From contig NZ_CP089976.1 in the NCBI RefSeq assembly GCF_022701215.1, positions 1,950,001 to 1,982,000 of the forward strand: a DNA stretch of 32,000 nt, in the 5' to 3' direction. Shown here one piece after another: positions 31,337 to 32,000 of this stretch. Within the stretch, counting starts at the first letter, position 1; each line of letters opens with the position of its first letter. The stretch is from Moraxella nasovis (GTDB lineage Bacteria; Pseudomonadota; Gammaproteobacteria; Pseudomonadales; Moraxellaceae). The position numbers were made by a program, and so were the translations under genes. Under the pieces are notes generated by a model. That model had not been told where the DNA came from. It did no database searches and worked only from the letters and a program-made list of their open reading frames with translations.

Positions 31337-32000
31337 TCCTTTTCGACGTCTTTGCAAGTCTTTTGGGGCAGGGCATGCTGTGAGTGAGATGATGACCTCA
31401 GATGCGACATTATTTGCTAATCATAAGACGCTTTATCGTGCCAATTTTGAGGGAGAAATTGCTCCAATTTCAGCTCAAATTGTCGGCTCAGAGCCAGATA
31501 AATTAGCAGAATCTGCTCGTTATCAAGTCGCCAATGGTGCTAAGATTATCGATATTAATATGGGCTGCCCTGCTAAAAAAGTATGTCGCAAGCTTGCAGG
31601 CTCGGCATTATTGCAGGATGTGGATTTGGTTAAGCGGCTGCTAGAGGCGGTGGTCGGTGCGGTGGATGTGCCAGTTACGCTAAAGACTCGGCTTGGCTTT
31701 GAAAATGGTAAAGAAAATATTTTAACTGTCGCAAAGATTGCCGAAAATATCGGTGTTAAGGCACTCACAATTCATGGGCGTACCAGAGAAGATAAGTATT
31801 TAGGGGAGGCTCGTTATGATCTTATTGCTCAAGTTAAGCAAAATGCCACAATCCCAATCATCGCTAACGGCGATATTGACAGCCCACAAAAAGCAAAGGC
31901 TGTCTTTGACGCCACAGGGGTGGATGCGGTGATGATTGGTCGCTCAGCACAGGGTAAGCCGTGGATTTTTCGTAATATCGCCCATTATTTAAATACAGGC
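31242..32000 (+). CDS. dusB: tRNA-dihydrouridine synthase B (partial, continues past the window)
   Basis: This ORF is not in the track because it has no stop in the window. From the ATG at 31242 it reads [38 protein letters not shown]…[12 protein letters not shown]…LTIHGRTRE…IIANGDI….A…….G.DAVMIGR.AQG.PWIF, the canonical DusB. Confidence 0.9.
   Translation, partial: [253 protein letters not shown]

Noticed and set aside
1-32000. CRISPR arrays, rRNA or tRNA genes
   Set aside because: No regularly spaced direct repeats and no recognisable RNA gene signatures were seen. The only tandem repeats are in-frame coding repeats in J: 33-nt x2 at 27926-27991 (EIQNRTAAINQ/EIQNRTQAINA) and the ITNAKI repeats at about 29140-29235.

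Overview
The window has three parts. (1) 1-7330 is ordinary chromosomal backbone with a gammaproteobacterial look. Moraxellaceae-like is only a guess from composition and gene content. It carries an AT-rich MFS transporter, a GYF/RDD membrane protein, ung, tadA, pncB, xseB and a DASS/SLC13 transporter. (2) About 7590-31130 is a ~24 kb accessory island. It starts with a degraded Zn-ribbon transposase remnant and continues as a head-less, integrase-less lambdoid (siphovirus-type) prophage remnant. The remnant holds a frameshifted HNH gene, a Q-type antiterminator with a consensus late promoter and short terminated transcript, hicAB, TerS, and a C-terminally truncated TerL. TerL is fused by deletion to the middle of a MuF/SPP1-gp7-type head protein, so the portal gene is gone. 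The MuF remnant carries a phosphoribosyltransferase-like C-terminal domain and is followed by a start-less orphan C-terminal cassette with 65 nt of recombination homology. No capsid genes are present. The tail module is fully intact: terminator, tube, G/GT chaperone with an A_AAA_AAG slippery site, 1102-aa tape measure, M, L, K, I and a 1550-aa J. (3) dusB starts at 31242 and runs off the window. The tail-tip cluster is interrupted by three self-contained morons. One is an acidic 136-aa ORF between M and L. One is an AT-rich TPR-like + HEPN(UPF0332-type) gene pair with its own promoter and terminator between L and K, which is the best candidate for an undescribed defence or toxin system. One is an inverted higBA between K and I. 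Downstream of J, convergent consensus promoters bracket a 17-aa Ibs-like hydrophobic peptide, a candidate type I toxin-antitoxin. All functional calls come from motif recognition by eye. No searches were run.
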